Assembly: GCA_963781915.1 (NCBI GenBank)
Contig: CAWAIH010000016.1
Span: 1-32,000 of the forward strand
DNA length: 32,000 nucleotides
Source: an uncultured Nitrospiraceae bacterium
GTDB lineage: Bacteria > Nitrospirota > Nitrospiria > Nitrospirales > Nitrospiraceae
Reading direction: 5' to 3'
A program made the translations under genes and the position numbers. The number at the start of each line of letters is the position of its first letter. Position 1 is the first letter of the stretch. Below are positions 8,890 to 17,256 of this stretch, piece by piece. Under the pieces are notes generated by a model. That model was not told the DNA's origin, made no database searches, and saw nothing but the letters and a program-made list of their open reading frames with translations.

Positions 8890-9045
8890 CTACGACTCAT
8901 CACGGCTCCCTGCCGCAGCCGCATGCCGCCGCCACACCGCGAGCACTTCCCCTCCCATACACAGGGCCGTGACGCCAAACGAGGGCCACACGTAGAGGCC
9001 GTACCCGCCCATCGCAAAAAACTCTGCCAGGCTCCCCCACTGCAT
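8890..9045 (-). CDS. ccmD: Heme exporter protein CcmD
   Basis: 51-aa product MQWGSLAEFFAMGGYGLYVWPSFGVTALCMGG..., matching the CcmD pattern (AFFAMGGYG.YVW). Its ATG overlaps the ccmC stop (TGATG). It corresponds to only the last 51 codons of the 189-aa ORF-track entry 8890..9459. Confidence 0.8.
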   Translation of the reverse strand: MQWGSLAEFFAMGGYGLYVWPSFGVTALCMGGEVLAVWRRHAAAAGSRDES

Positions 9046-9806
9046 CAGCGCGCCTCCACGACATCCGGCATCGACGCCTGCTTGCCCCACGACGGTTGTC
9101 GCTCCCGTTCGGCAATCACGCAACGCATACGGGCCAAGGTCACCGCGATACTGTACATCCAGAAGCCGAACATCATCACTAACATCGCCGTCACCATCGT
9201 CCCCGCCATCGTCGGCGCCGCTGTGATGCTGACCGAGGCTCCTTGATGCAACGTGTTCCACCAACGCACAGAAAAATAGATGATCGGGACATTGATCACC
9301 CCCACCAGCGCCAAGACGGCGCTCGCGCGATCCGCGCGGCGCAGGTCGTCGATCGATGAGCGCAGCAAGATGATCCCGATATATTGAAACAGCAAAATCA
9401 ACTCCGACGTCAACCGAGCATCCCACACCCACCAGGCTCCCCAAGTGGGTTTTCCCCACATCGACCCCGTAAACAGCGCGAGGAACGTAAACATCGCCCC
9501 GGTAGGAGCGATGGCCTGCGCCATCATGAACGAGGGGCGCGCATTGAGCCCCAATCCGAGACCGGCCCAGATCGCCATGATGACGTAGAGAAACATGGAC
9601 ATCCAGGCTGCCGGCACATGAACGAAAATAATGCGGTACGCATCACCTTGCGTCACATCGGTCGGTGCCACGAAAAATCCAACGTACAGGCCGACCCCGA
9701 TCAACCCCAGCGCCAAGGCAGCAAACCACGGGATCATCCGCCCGGCTAAGGGGTACAAGGCCTGCGGCGAGGAATACTTAAACCAGTTAATGCCTGTGGC
9801 GCTCAT
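9045..9806 (-). CDS. ccmC: Heme exporter membrane protein CcmC
   Basis: 253-aa membrane protein with the WWD motif WGKPTWGAWWVWDARLTSE. Confidence 0.95.
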   Translation of the reverse strand: MSATGINWFKYSSPQALYPLAGRMIPWFAALALGLIGVGLYVGFFVAPTDVTQGDAYRIIFVHVPAAWMSMFLYVIMAIWAGLGLGLNARPSFMMAQAIAPTGAMFTFLALFTGSMWGKPTWGAWWVWDARLTSELILLFQYIGIILLRSSIDDLRRADRASAVLALVGVINVPIIYFSVRWWNTLHQGASVSITAAPTMAGTMVTAMLVMMFGFWMYSIAVTLARMRCVIAERERQPSWGKQASMPDVVEAR

Positions 9807-9815
9807 AATGATCTC

Positions 9816-10499
9816 TTATTCCAATGCAATGCGTAATGCAACAGCAGTAGCCCATGGCGCAAATGCAAATGAGAACAGGAAGCAGGCTCCGAGTAACGAC
9901 AGATTTGCTTCGCTGCCGATTCCGGCCAAACTACTCGTGACGGCGCCGGCTCCGAAAATCAGCACCGGAATAAAAAGGGGAAGCACGAGCAGGGCAACCA
10001 GCAAGCCACTCCCGCGCAACCCAAGAGTTAACGCAGCACCCACCGCTCCAATCATACTCAACGTCGGCGTGCCAAGCAAGAGCGATAACGTCAATGCCCA
10101 CAACGGGGGACCACTCAAGCCGAATTGCAAACCGAGCAGGGGCGAGAGCAGGACCACCGGCAGACCCGAGATCACCCAGTGAGAGAACACCTTACCAACA
10201 ACCAGCACCGCCAAAGGCTGAGGGATCAACAACGTCTGTTCCAATACACCATCAAGATAATCGGCTGTAAAGAGACGCCCAAGTGATAACAGGCAGGCTA
10301 GCAGGGCCGTGACCCAGAGCACGCCGGAGGCGATCACCCTCAGAACCGCCGGCTCCGGCCCGACCCCCAATGGAAAGAGGCTCGCGACGATAACGACGAA
10401 GAAAACCGACATCGCCACATCCGAACGATGCCGCATGGCCAGCAGAAGATCCCGCCGAATGACCCCGCGCAATGCCTCACTCATGCTGGGCTGGCTCAT
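9816..10499 (-). CDS. ccmB: Heme exporter permease CcmB
   Basis: 227-aa polytopic membrane protein between ccmA and ccmC. ATGA overlap with the ccmA stop. Confidence 0.9.
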   Translation of the reverse strand: MSQPSMSEALRGVIRRDLLLAMRHRSDVAMSVFFVVIVASLFPLGVGPEPAVLRVIASGVLWVTALLACLLSLGRLFTADYLDGVLEQTLLIPQPLAVLVVGKVFSHWVISGLPVVLLSPLLGLQFGLSGPPLWALTLSLLLGTPTLSMIGAVGAALTLGLRGSGLLVALLVLPLFIPVLIFGAGAVTSSLAGIGSEANLSLLGACFLFSFAFAPWATAVALRIALE

Positions 10500-11116
10500 C
10501 GAGTCAGCCTCAAATGCTGGATAGAATCAGCCGGGATAGCAATCTCCTGGTGCGTGGCGACGACCACCATGCCGCCATTATTCAAATGCGCATGCAGGCG
10601 CTGGGTCAAATAACTTGTGGCTGCAGCATCGAGTGACGCGAAAGGCTCATCCAAGAGCCATAACGGACGAGTAGAAAGCCAGAGACGCGCCAGCGACACA
10701 CGACGCTTTTGTCCTTGCGATAGCACCCTCGTCGGCAAGCGATGAACCGGTCGTACGAGGCCAACTGCCTCCAATGCTTTTTGCACGATTGCGCCGGAAC
10801 TTTCATCGCCGGCCAGACAGGCCGAGACCGTAAGGTTTTCGACTGGGGTTAGCTCATCCTTGATTCCGTTGAGATGCCCGACATAGGTCAGCTGTGCGCT
10901 ATAGAGCTCCTTGAGCCGGCGGATGTCTTTCCCCTGCCAGAGGATTGCGCCTTCATCAGGAGACAACAGACCACAGAGCATACGGAGAAAGCTGGTTTTT
11001 CCACTGCCGTTCTCACCAACCACAGCCAGCAGAGTTCCAGGCTTGACCGTCACGCTGACGTCGGAGAACAACTGTCGGTCCCCGCGGCTACCGCTCAGTG
11101 CAACGGTTTGGAACAT
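10496..11116 (-). CDS. ccmA: Heme exporter ATP-binding protein CcmA
   Basis: Walker A GENGSGKTS, ABC signature LSQGQKRRVSLARL, Walker B LWLLDEPFASLD. The start is placed at the ATG at 11116 (MFQTVALSG...). The 36 codons upstream in the ORF track have no ABC similarity. The SD is weak, so the start is uncertain. Confidence 0.9.
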   Translation of the reverse strand: MFQTVALSGSRGDRQLFSDVSVTVKPGTLLAVVGENGSGKTSFLRMLCGLLSPDEGAILWQGKDIRRLKELYSAQLTYVGHLNGIKDELTPVENLTVSACLAGDESSGAIVQKALEAVGLVRPVHRLPTRVLSQGQKRRVSLARLWLSTRPLWLLDEPFASLDAAATSYLTQRLHAHLNNGGMVVVATHQEIAIPADSIQHLRLTR

Positions 11117-11571
11117 ATTAGGAAAAACCCCACGGAGAACGAAGAGAAAGTAGTACGGCAGCGTCGAGCCTTCTTGAATCGTGCTGTTCGTGAGCCTGTT
11201 ACCGGCACCGTCTGACGTCCCCACAGTTGCAACTGCCGCTGAGGCACTACTCCAATAGCACGGTCGATCAAGGTCGATGTCACTGTATCACCTTAGGGGA
11301 CTCGTGAAAGGGCCACAGGCTGGCTCCCCGATTGTCGCCCATCCGATAGTGGCAAGTCAAAGAGACTGGAGACAGAAAATGCATTCAGTTTTGTCGCTTG
11401 CCTTGCACGGAGGGGAGGGGGCTAGAATCTTGCCCCATCTTAGTGGCATCATGGTGAAGTATCTGATATGCCATGTCACTAATTCACATCATTATTAGTA
11501 CAGTGAAATCGCATGGCCGCACGAAATAGCAGAGCGTTGTAAGATCCATAACAGGAGGGTCCGGCATAATT

Positions 11572-12159
11572 ATGATAAGGCAAGTGACACGGGCAGCGGC
11601 TACAGTGCTCCTTCTTGTTGTCGCACTGTACCACCCCGGCGACGCCGCGGCACATGGCTCAGTGAGCGGGGAAGACGATCCCTGCTTACGGCGGGTAGGT
11701 GAGCGCGTGATACATTTCAGCGCCTATCAGCCGCAATATGAGCTGAGAGATCAATACTGCACGGACATTCCCAAGGAAGGCGACACCTTCCTCGTTGTAG
11801 ACCTCGTAGATCCGGCCTTGCGCAACGAGCCGGTCGGAATGCGGATCATGAGGGGGAACGGCTCCAATGAGTCAGAAGATCAGCTCGTAGCAGATATTCG
11901 GCCTAGCACCCACCCGGATGGAGTGCTCCGGGGCGAGGTCCGTCTTGCCGAGGGTCTCTATACGGTCACCATAGCGGCGGAGAAACAGAATCTGATGCGG
12001 CGCCCCCAATATCTATTGCGGGTACACATGATCGATTACCAGAAACTTGTGCGTACCATGACCGTACCGGCGATAGCAGTTCTGATCGTTGCATTGATTG
12101 GATACATACTCATACGATCGAAGTGGCTGCGAAATTGGTGGGCAGTCCGCCGTTCGTAG
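11572..12159 (+). CDS. amoE: AmoE/AmoD (PmoD-family)-like exported, C-terminally anchored protein; most divergent of three paralogs
   Basis: Signal peptide (cleavage predicted AAA/HGS), a ~130-aa periplasmic domain and a C-terminal TM helix (VPAIAVLIVALIGYILI). Conserved core C-x9-H-F-x-x-Y-Q-P...C-x-D-I-P-x-x-G-x-T. It sits upstream of copCD next to amo genes, as amoE/amoD do in ammonia oxidisers. The symbol is assigned from position and divergence only. Confidence 0.6.
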   Translation: MIRQVTRAAATVLLLVVALYHPGDAAAHGSVSGEDDPCLRRVGERVIHFSAYQPQYELRDQYCTDIPKEGDTFLVVDLVDPALRNEPVGMRIMRGNGSNESEDQLVADIRPSTHPDGVLRGEVRLAEGLYTVTIAAEKQNLMRRPQYLLRVHMIDYQKLVRTMTVPAIAVLIVALIGYILIRSKWLRNWWAVRRS

Positions 12160-12219
12160 AAAACCGGGCGCTCCGGCAAGCGAGCATATATTCAACATTC
12201 GAGAGGGAGGATACTGACA

Positions 12220-12801
12220 ATGGTTGTGCAATGGTTGAGGCCTATCGGCTTGTGCGTCTTGATGCTGGCAATCGGAATGCCATTCTTCTCCACACAGGCC
12301 CAGGCTCATGGAGGACTGGCACTGGCAGAAGACATGTGCAGGCTCACGATCGGCCCGTACAACATGCACTTTACCGGCTATCAGCCCGACAACACACGCA
12401 ATAAGGAGTTCTGCGAAGATATTCCGGCGACCGGTCGCACGGTTGTCGTGCTTGATTATATGGAAGATGCGCTCCGTCCGTTGCCTACCGAAGTTCGGAT
12501 CATCAAGGATACAGGCTCGGAGCAAGACATTCAGGCCATCACAGTCCTGCACCTGCCGCCCAAGGTCTACCCCGCCGGCTCGGTTAATTTCGAATATAAC
12601 TTCGATCGACCCGGCAAATTCGTTGGTCTGGTTACCGTGGGTGATAAGCATGTATCGCGATTCCCGTTCTCGGTAGGGGAAACGAAAATTTGGTTACCCC
12701 CCTCCTATATGTTAATTGCGCTCGCAGGGGTTGCTGTTATCGGAGTGATCGTCTTTGCCATGCGCGGGCGTGGCAGAGCATCAAACAGTTCCGTTTCGTA
12801 G
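12220..12801 (+). CDS. amoD: AmoD (PmoD-family)-like exported, C-terminally anchored protein, paralog 2
   Basis: SD GAGGGAGG. Signal peptide cleavage predicted AQA/HGG. Core CRLTIGPYNMHFTGYQPDNTRNKEFCEDIPATGRTVVVLD. C-terminal TM LIALAGVAVIGVIVFAM. Closely similar to the next gene. Confidence 0.7.
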   Translation: MVVQWLRPIGLCVLMLAIGMPFFSTQAQAHGGLALAEDMCRLTIGPYNMHFTGYQPDNTRNKEFCEDIPATGRTVVVLDYMEDALRPLPTEVRIIKDTGSEQDIQAITVLHLPPKVYPAGSVNFEYNFDRPGKFVGLVTVGDKHVSRFPFSVGETKIWLPPSYMLIALAGVAVIGVIVFAMRGRGRASNSSVS

Positions 12802-12900
12802 GCGGACAGCCTTCCGTCCAAAGCGCGGGCGCGACTCTGGCTCAACGAGGAAATTGAGCTGTCTAAAATAGATATGGATAGAATAATGAGGATACTGACG

Positions 12901-13488
12901 ATGTCTTTGCAATTTCTGAAACCGGTGGTCATGTGTTTCTTGATGCTGGCGCTCGGAGGCCCACTCTCCGCTCAGGCCCAGCACTTTCACGAATTGGATA
13001 AAAACTTTTGCATACTTAAATTCGGACCCTACGGCATGCACCTTACCGAATATCAGCCCGACATCTCAGATCGGCAGGAGCTCTGCGGGGATATTCCGTC
13101 GACCGGACGCACGGTAGTGGTGCTCGATTTTATCGAAGGAGAACTCCGCTCGTTACCCGTCGAGGTCAGGGTCATCAAGGATACGGGTTCGGAGCAGGAT
13201 CTTCAGGCCCTCACAATCGTTCACCTGCCGGCCAAAATCTACACGGGGGGGTTCATCAATTTCGAACATAGCTTCAACCAGCCCGGCAAATTCATCGGTA
13301 TCATCACCGTTGGCGGCAAGGAAGAACATGTCGCGCGATTCCCGATTTCAGTAGGAGAATCGGGAGTAGCTTCACACTTCATGCACTACATCATGGTCAT
13401 AGTCCCACTCGCAGTGATTGCCGTTGGAGCAGCGATCTTCTTTTTTCTGCGCGGACGTCGAAAATCCTCGCTTAGCACCGTTTCGTAG
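12901..13488 (+). CDS. amoD: AmoD (PmoD-family)-like exported, C-terminally anchored protein, paralog 3
   Basis: The start at 12901 is chosen because GAGGATACTGACgATG matches the amoD start context GAGGATACTGACaATG, and the N-termini then align (MSLQFLKPVVMCFLMLALGG vs MVVQWLRPIGLCVLMLAIGM). Core CILKFGPYGMHLTEYQPDISDRQELCGDIPSTGRTVVVLD. C-terminal TM present. Confidence 0.7.
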   Translation: MSLQFLKPVVMCFLMLALGGPLSAQAQHFHELDKNFCILKFGPYGMHLTEYQPDISDRQELCGDIPSTGRTVVVLDFIEGELRSLPVEVRVIKDTGSEQDLQALTIVHLPAKIYTGGFINFEHSFNQPGKFIGIITVGGKEEHVARFPISVGESGVASHFMHYIMVIVPLAVIAVGAAIFFFLRGRRKSSLSTVS

Positions 13489-13542
13489 GTAACCGAGGCT
13501 GCAGCGCCTGAACACAGCAGCCCGGGACTAAAAGGAGGTCCG

Positions 13543-13947
13543 ATGGAATCACGGGTAGCTTATGTACTCAAGCTCGTCATGGCAGTCGTGGTAATGGCGA
13601 CGATGACGTACCTGCATGTCGACCCGGCGCTGGCGCATTCGATGCTGGTCAAGGCAGAGCCACCGCGCCGGGCTGTCCTCGCCAAGACACCGGCACAGGT
13701 GCGACTCTGGTTCAACGAAGAACTCGAAGGCGAGTACGCGTCGCTTATTGTGCTCGACGCTGAGAAGCATCCCGTTACCGAGATCAAGCCACAGCTTGCT
13801 CCGAATGACCCAAAGTCTATCGTCCTGCCGTTGCCGGAGTTGACGCCCGGAAAGTATTCAGTGAAGTTTCGAGTCCTGTCGGTAGACGGTCATGTGGTGG
13901 AGTCGTCTTTCGACTTCACTGTAAAGGGCAAAGTACAAAAGAAATGA
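13543..13947 (+). CDS. copC: Periplasmic copper-binding protein CopC
   Basis: SD AAAGGAGG. The signal peptide ends ALA/HSM, giving a mature N-terminal His. The family-typical D-x-H occurs near the C-terminus (SVDGHVV). There is no Met-rich Cu(I) loop. ATGA overlap with copD. Confidence 0.9.
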   Translation: MESRVAYVLKLVMAVVVMATMTYLHVDPALAHSMLVKAEPPRRAVLAKTPAQVRLWFNEELEGEYASLIVLDAEKHPVTEIKPQLAPNDPKSIVLPLPELTPGKYSVKFRVLSVDGHVVESSFDFTVKGKVQKK

Positions 13948-15965
13948 TCGAGATCATCGGCGCGCTGCTCCGCTGGCTGCAGCTTGCGTCCAACATGATC
14001 CTGATTGGCAGCTGCATTTTTCTTGCGATTGCCGTGCGCTCAAAAACGGCACTCGACGCCCCTTGGCTAGCCCGTCTGGCGCGGGTTCTACCGTGGATTT
14101 CTATCACGCTTCTGCTGGGATTGCTGGGCTTGCTGGCCACGACTACCGCGCAGGCCACGGGCATGGCTGAAAATGCTTGGCGCCCGGGAGCCTGGCTAGA
14201 ACTTTTACAAAAAACCCGCATAGGACTCATCTGGACAGTGCGTGCGGCCCTTGCGTTTCTCGTGTTCGGAATAGCTCTCTACATTCGCTTCTCCCCTTGG
14301 GCGCGCTGGCGGTATATGCTGTGCGCTACCGTTGCCGCGCTCACGCTGGCTATGGGGTCACTCGCTAGCCACTCTGCAGCCGGAGAGCTGTCCGTGATAT
14401 CGGTGCTGCCATATGCGCTGCATATCGTTTTGGCGAGCGTCTGGCTCGGAGGGCTGCCGGCCGTTCTCTCAATAATGTTCGCCACCACCGGGAAACGATC
14501 ACACGAGGAAGTGGATCGGTTCGACATCCAGACCCTAAAGCGCTTCTCTGCACTAGCACTTCCCGTGATGGTCGCTGTCGTGGCAACCGGCACCATCGTT
14601 GCGTATGACATGGTGGACACGAGCTATGCCGCATTGGTCGCAACGAGCTGGGGCTGGTTTCTCGATACAAAGATTGCACTGCTTGGAGTGATTCTCGTGC
14701 TTGCCGCGTGCGCGCGCCATATCTGGATTCCGTCACTCGACAAGAACGCGGAAGTAGCTGCAGCCGGCGGACGTGGACTTCGAAAGTGGGTCACCGTCGA
14801 ATTCGTGATCGCGTTGGCGATGGTGCTGGTCGCGACAATGCTGGCTAACGCCGTTCCGGCGAAACATGCCGTCATTGAGGACTGGCCCTATCCATTCCGC
14901 TTCTCCATCGACGCCACCTGGGGCGGGCTGGGCATGATGATCGGCGCGGGGATAGGAGTCGCGTTGCTTATCCTGGCAGTTGGAGCGATTGCCCTCGGTC
15001 GGTCCAAGCGCTGGGAGACGAAGTGGCGCATTGCCATCCCGACTGTACTGGCGGTCTGTGCGCTGGTTGCGGCGCTGCCTCCCCTTGCCACTCAGGCTTT
15101 TCCGGAAACCTACCGCAAGACGCCGGTCCCGTTCGATGCCATTTCCGTTGCCAACGGTGCGACCATATTTGCCGCGAATTGCGTACTCTGCCACGGACCT
15201 CAAGCCAAGGGCAATGGAGTTCTAGCCAAGACCTTTCCTATACCACCGGTGGATCTACTTACGGAACCGCACACCGCCAAGCATACGGCAGGGGACTTTT
15301 TCCACTGGCTGACCCACGGTATACCCGGTACTGGCATGCCGGCGTTTGCCGACAAACTCTCGGAAGAGGATCGCTGGGATGTCGTAAACTTTCTCCATGC
15401 CACATCCCGCGGCTATCAGGCGCGCCTCATCAACCCCTATGTCGCCCCCAATCAACCCTATATGGCCCCGCAGAATTTCTCTTATTCCGCGCATGACGAT
15501 TCGAGCGGCACCTTGAAAGACTTTCGTCGACAGAAAGCAGTTCTGCTGGTTCTATTTTCCTGGCCGGAGTCGCGCGCAAGGCTGGATCAGTTGCGGTCGG
15601 CTTATGCCACACTAAGCGCCGCCAATACATTGATATTGGCAGCATCAGTGAATGATCTCAACCCGGAAGATCTGGCGGCGATCACGGCAGGCATGACTTT
15701 CCCTGTTGCGACGCAGGGGGCATCGGAGATCACGCGCAGCTACGCCCTGTTCCGTAGAACCCTCAGCAACCCTGATTTGGCCGGCGAGGGAACAATGCCG
15801 AAACACATGGAGTTCCTGATTGACCGTTATGGCTATTTGCGGGCGCGATGGATTCCTGCGGTGGATGGGACTGGGTGGACAGACATCGGGGAACTGATGC
15901 GGCAAGTCGAACAACTCAACCGGGAAAAAGAACTCCGTCCGCCACCAGACGACCATGTGCACTGA
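13944..15965 (+). CDS. copD: CopD-family membrane protein fused to a c-type cytochrome domain and a C-terminal Cys-less redoxin/thioredoxin-like domain
   Basis: The N-terminal ~300 aa is polytopic and CopD-like, directly coupled to copC, and is followed by two further TM helices. A class I cytochrome c domain follows: CVLCH at codons 413-417 (nt 15180..15194), with a distal GTGMPAF Met. The C-terminal ~150 aa resembles an AhpC/TSA-type fold (KAVLLVLFSWPES...HMEFLIDRYGYLRARW) but has no cysteine at the active-site position. Confidence 0.85.
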   Translation: MIEIIGALLRWLQLASNMILIGSCIFLAIAVRSKTALDAPWLARLARVLPWISITLLLGLLGLLATTTAQATGMAENAWRPGAWLELLQKTRIGLIWTVRAALAFLVFGIALYIRFSPWARWRYMLCATVAALTLAMGSLASHSAAGELSVISVLPYALHIVLASVWLGGLPAVLSIMFATTGKRSHEEVDRFDIQTLKRFSALALPVMVAVVATGTIVAYDMVDTSYAALVATSWGWFLDTKIALLGVILVLAACARHIWIPSLDKNAEVAAAGGRGLRKWVTVEFVIALAMVLVATMLANAVPAKHAVIEDWPYPFRFSIDATWGGLGMMIGAGIGVALLILAVGAIALGRSKRWETKWRIAIPTVLAVCALVAALPPLATQAFPETYRKTPVPFDAISVANGATIFAANCVLCHGPQAKGNGVLAKTFPIPPVDLLTEPHTAKHTAGDFFHWLTHGIPGTGMPAFADKLSEEDRWDVVNFLHATSRGYQARLINPYVAPNQPYMAPQNFSYSAHDDSSGTLKDFRRQKAVLLVLFSWPESRARLDQLRSAYATLSAANTLILAASVNDLNPEDLAAITAGMTFPVATQGASEITRSYALFRRTLSNPDLAGEGTMPKHMEFLIDRYGYLRARWIPAVDGTGWTDIGELMRQVEQLNREKELRPPPDDHVH

Positions 15966-16079
15966 GCCTGTTCCTTCGCGGCAAACGCCAGGTATCAGTA
16001 TAGATGTCGCCTATAAGCAGAGAAACGCCTGTGAACTTGACATCCAATACTTTCTCGTATATTCCTTCCCCTAATACGC

Positions 16080-17081
16080 TATGCACTTGACTCCAGTACG
16101 CTTGAGGCATAGCCTAGTCAAACTGTTGGAGGGCATAGATCATGCGGACCCTTGCCGAGTTCGAACAACGGTTCGCCACAGAAGGTGCATGCCGCGCCTA
16201 TCTGGCTCGGCTGCGGTGGCCGACCGGATTCTGTTGCCCCCAGTGTAAAACCAGCGGCAGCTGGACAACCACACGATGTCTCATGATGTGCCGCCGATGT
16301 GGATACCAAGCCTCGGTCACGGCGGGGACAATCTTCCATCGAACCCGCCTCCCTTTGCAAGACTTGTTTCGAGCGATATGGTGGATGACCGATCAGAAGC
16401 ATAAGATCAGCGCCTTGGGGCTACAGCGCCTACTGGGCCTTGGCAGTTACAGGACAGCGTGGCTGTGGCTGCAAAAGCTGCGACGCGCAATGGTGCGGCC
16501 TGGCTGGGACCTGCTGGGGGGCCAGGTGGAAGTAAACAAAACATATATAGGGGGCGGCGAATCGGGAGGAGGCCGTCGACACCTGGGAAATAAGATCGTG
16601 GTGGCGATCGCTGCACAGGTTGATGGGAAAGGGATCGGACGCGTCCATCTGCGTCGAATTCCAGCTGATGCCGCAAGTCCGCTTATGGCCTTTGTAAAAC
16701 AAGCAGTTAAGCCTGGGTCCGTGATCATCACGGACGGATGGGAAGCCTATGCCGGGTTGACACAGGAGGGCTTCAAACACCGACCATACGTGATTAACGC
16801 CAGCAATAAAACAGCGCCGGTCTTGTTGCCCCGTGTGCATCGAGTGGCCTCCATGTTCACGCGCTGGCTATTAGGTACCCACCAGGGTACCTTGTCCCGC
16901 GAGCAACTGGACTTCTATCTCGGCGAGTTCACCTCTCGCTTCAACCATCGAACATCGAGATATCGCTGGAAGCTGTTCTCCAGACTTGTGGCGCAAGCTG
17001 TCTCGGCTGAGCCAGCCCCCTTCTCCAGGCTGGCCACAGATATCGGCTAAACACGGCAGGATAACTGGAGCTAAGTGCATA
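16080..17081 (+). mobile_element. IS1595-family insertion sequence, apparently intact
   Basis: Imperfect terminal inverted repeats: TATGCACTTGACTCCAGT at 16080..16097, and the reverse complement of 17064..17081 (TATGCACTTAGCTCCAGT), matching at 16 of 18 positions. They bracket a single transposase ORF. Element length is about 1 kb. I found no flanking direct repeat. Confidence 0.8.
16142..17050 (+). CDS. IS1595-family (ISXO2-like) DDE transposase
   Basis: N-terminal zinc-ribbon pattern CPQC...CRRC inside FEQRFATEGACRAYLARLRWPTGFCCPQCK, which is typical of IS1595 transposases. The DDE-type body follows (ITDGWEAY...). 302 aa. Confidence 0.9.
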   Translation: MRTLAEFEQRFATEGACRAYLARLRWPTGFCCPQCKTSGSWTTTRCLMMCRRCGYQASVTAGTIFHRTRLPLQDLFRAIWWMTDQKHKISALGLQRLLGLGSYRTAWLWLQKLRRAMVRPGWDLLGGQVEVNKTYIGGGESGGGRRHLGNKIVVAIAAQVDGKGIGRVHLRRIPADAASPLMAFVKQAVKPGSVIITDGWEAYAGLTQEGFKHRPYVINASNKTAPVLLPRVHRVASMFTRWLLGTHQGTLSREQLDFYLGEFTSRFNHRTSRYRWKLFSRLVAQAVSAEPAPFSRLATDIG

Positions 17082-17086
17082 AATCT

Positions 17087-17105
17087 TTGCACGCATTTTG
17101 CACGC
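17087..17105 (+). promoter_or_regulatory. Direct repeat TTGCACGC-N3-TTGCACGC upstream of the amoC promoter
   Basis: TTGCACGC occurs at 17087..17094 and 17098..17105, an 11-nt period. The pair sits just outside the right IS end and about 30-50 nt upstream of the predicted -35. Its function is unknown. Confidence 0.3.
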
Positions 17106-17135
17106 GGGAACAGGTTTCTCTTCTAGATATTATGC

Positions 17136-17165
17136 TTGACATCGAGAAACTGTATCCGCTAATCT
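17136..17165 (+). promoter_or_regulatory. Putative sigma70-type promoter of amoCAB
   Basis: TTGACA (17136..17141), an 18-nt spacer, then TAATCT (17160..17165). It lies about 115 nt upstream of the amoC ATG. Sequence prediction only. Confidence 0.4.
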
Positions 17166-17200
17166 CCCCGCCACGCTGGTAAGCGGCGACCAATGTTTCA

Positions 17201-17256
17201 CCGGAGTTTTTTCTCCGGAATAAGCGGTGGGTCTCATTCAGTTTCACTGGGTCTCA
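17201..17256 (+). promoter_or_regulatory. Structured amoC 5' leader: hairpin plus direct repeats
   Basis: Perfect hairpin CCGGAG-TTTTTT-CTCCGG (17201..17218), flanked by TAAGCGG on both sides. It is followed by TGGGTCTCA at 17228..17236 and again at 17248..17256 (20-nt period), immediately before the SD AAGGAGG. Confidence 0.3.

Noticed and set aside
8890-9459. 189-aa ORF-track entry upstream of ccmE
   Set aside because: Only the last 51 codons (8890..9045) look like CcmD. The upstream part overlaps ccmC in another frame and has no independent support.
11277-11498. 73-aa ORF in the ccmA/amoE-like divergent intergenic region
   Set aside because: It has no SD, no recognisable motif and an odd composition. 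The region is more plausibly promoter or leader DNA for the two divergent operons. I could not define convincing -35/-10 boxes there, so none is reported.
12013-12651. 212-aa minus-strand ORF spanning the amoE-like/amoD junction
   Set aside because: It crosses an intergenic region and two well-supported plus-strand genes. It has no recognisable domain.
16072-17089. Target-site duplication flanking the IS1595-family element
   Set aside because: The 8-nt flanks (TAATACGC against AATCTTTG) do not match, and shifting the IR boundary by 1 nt does not help. Its absence is reported as a finding rather than a feature.
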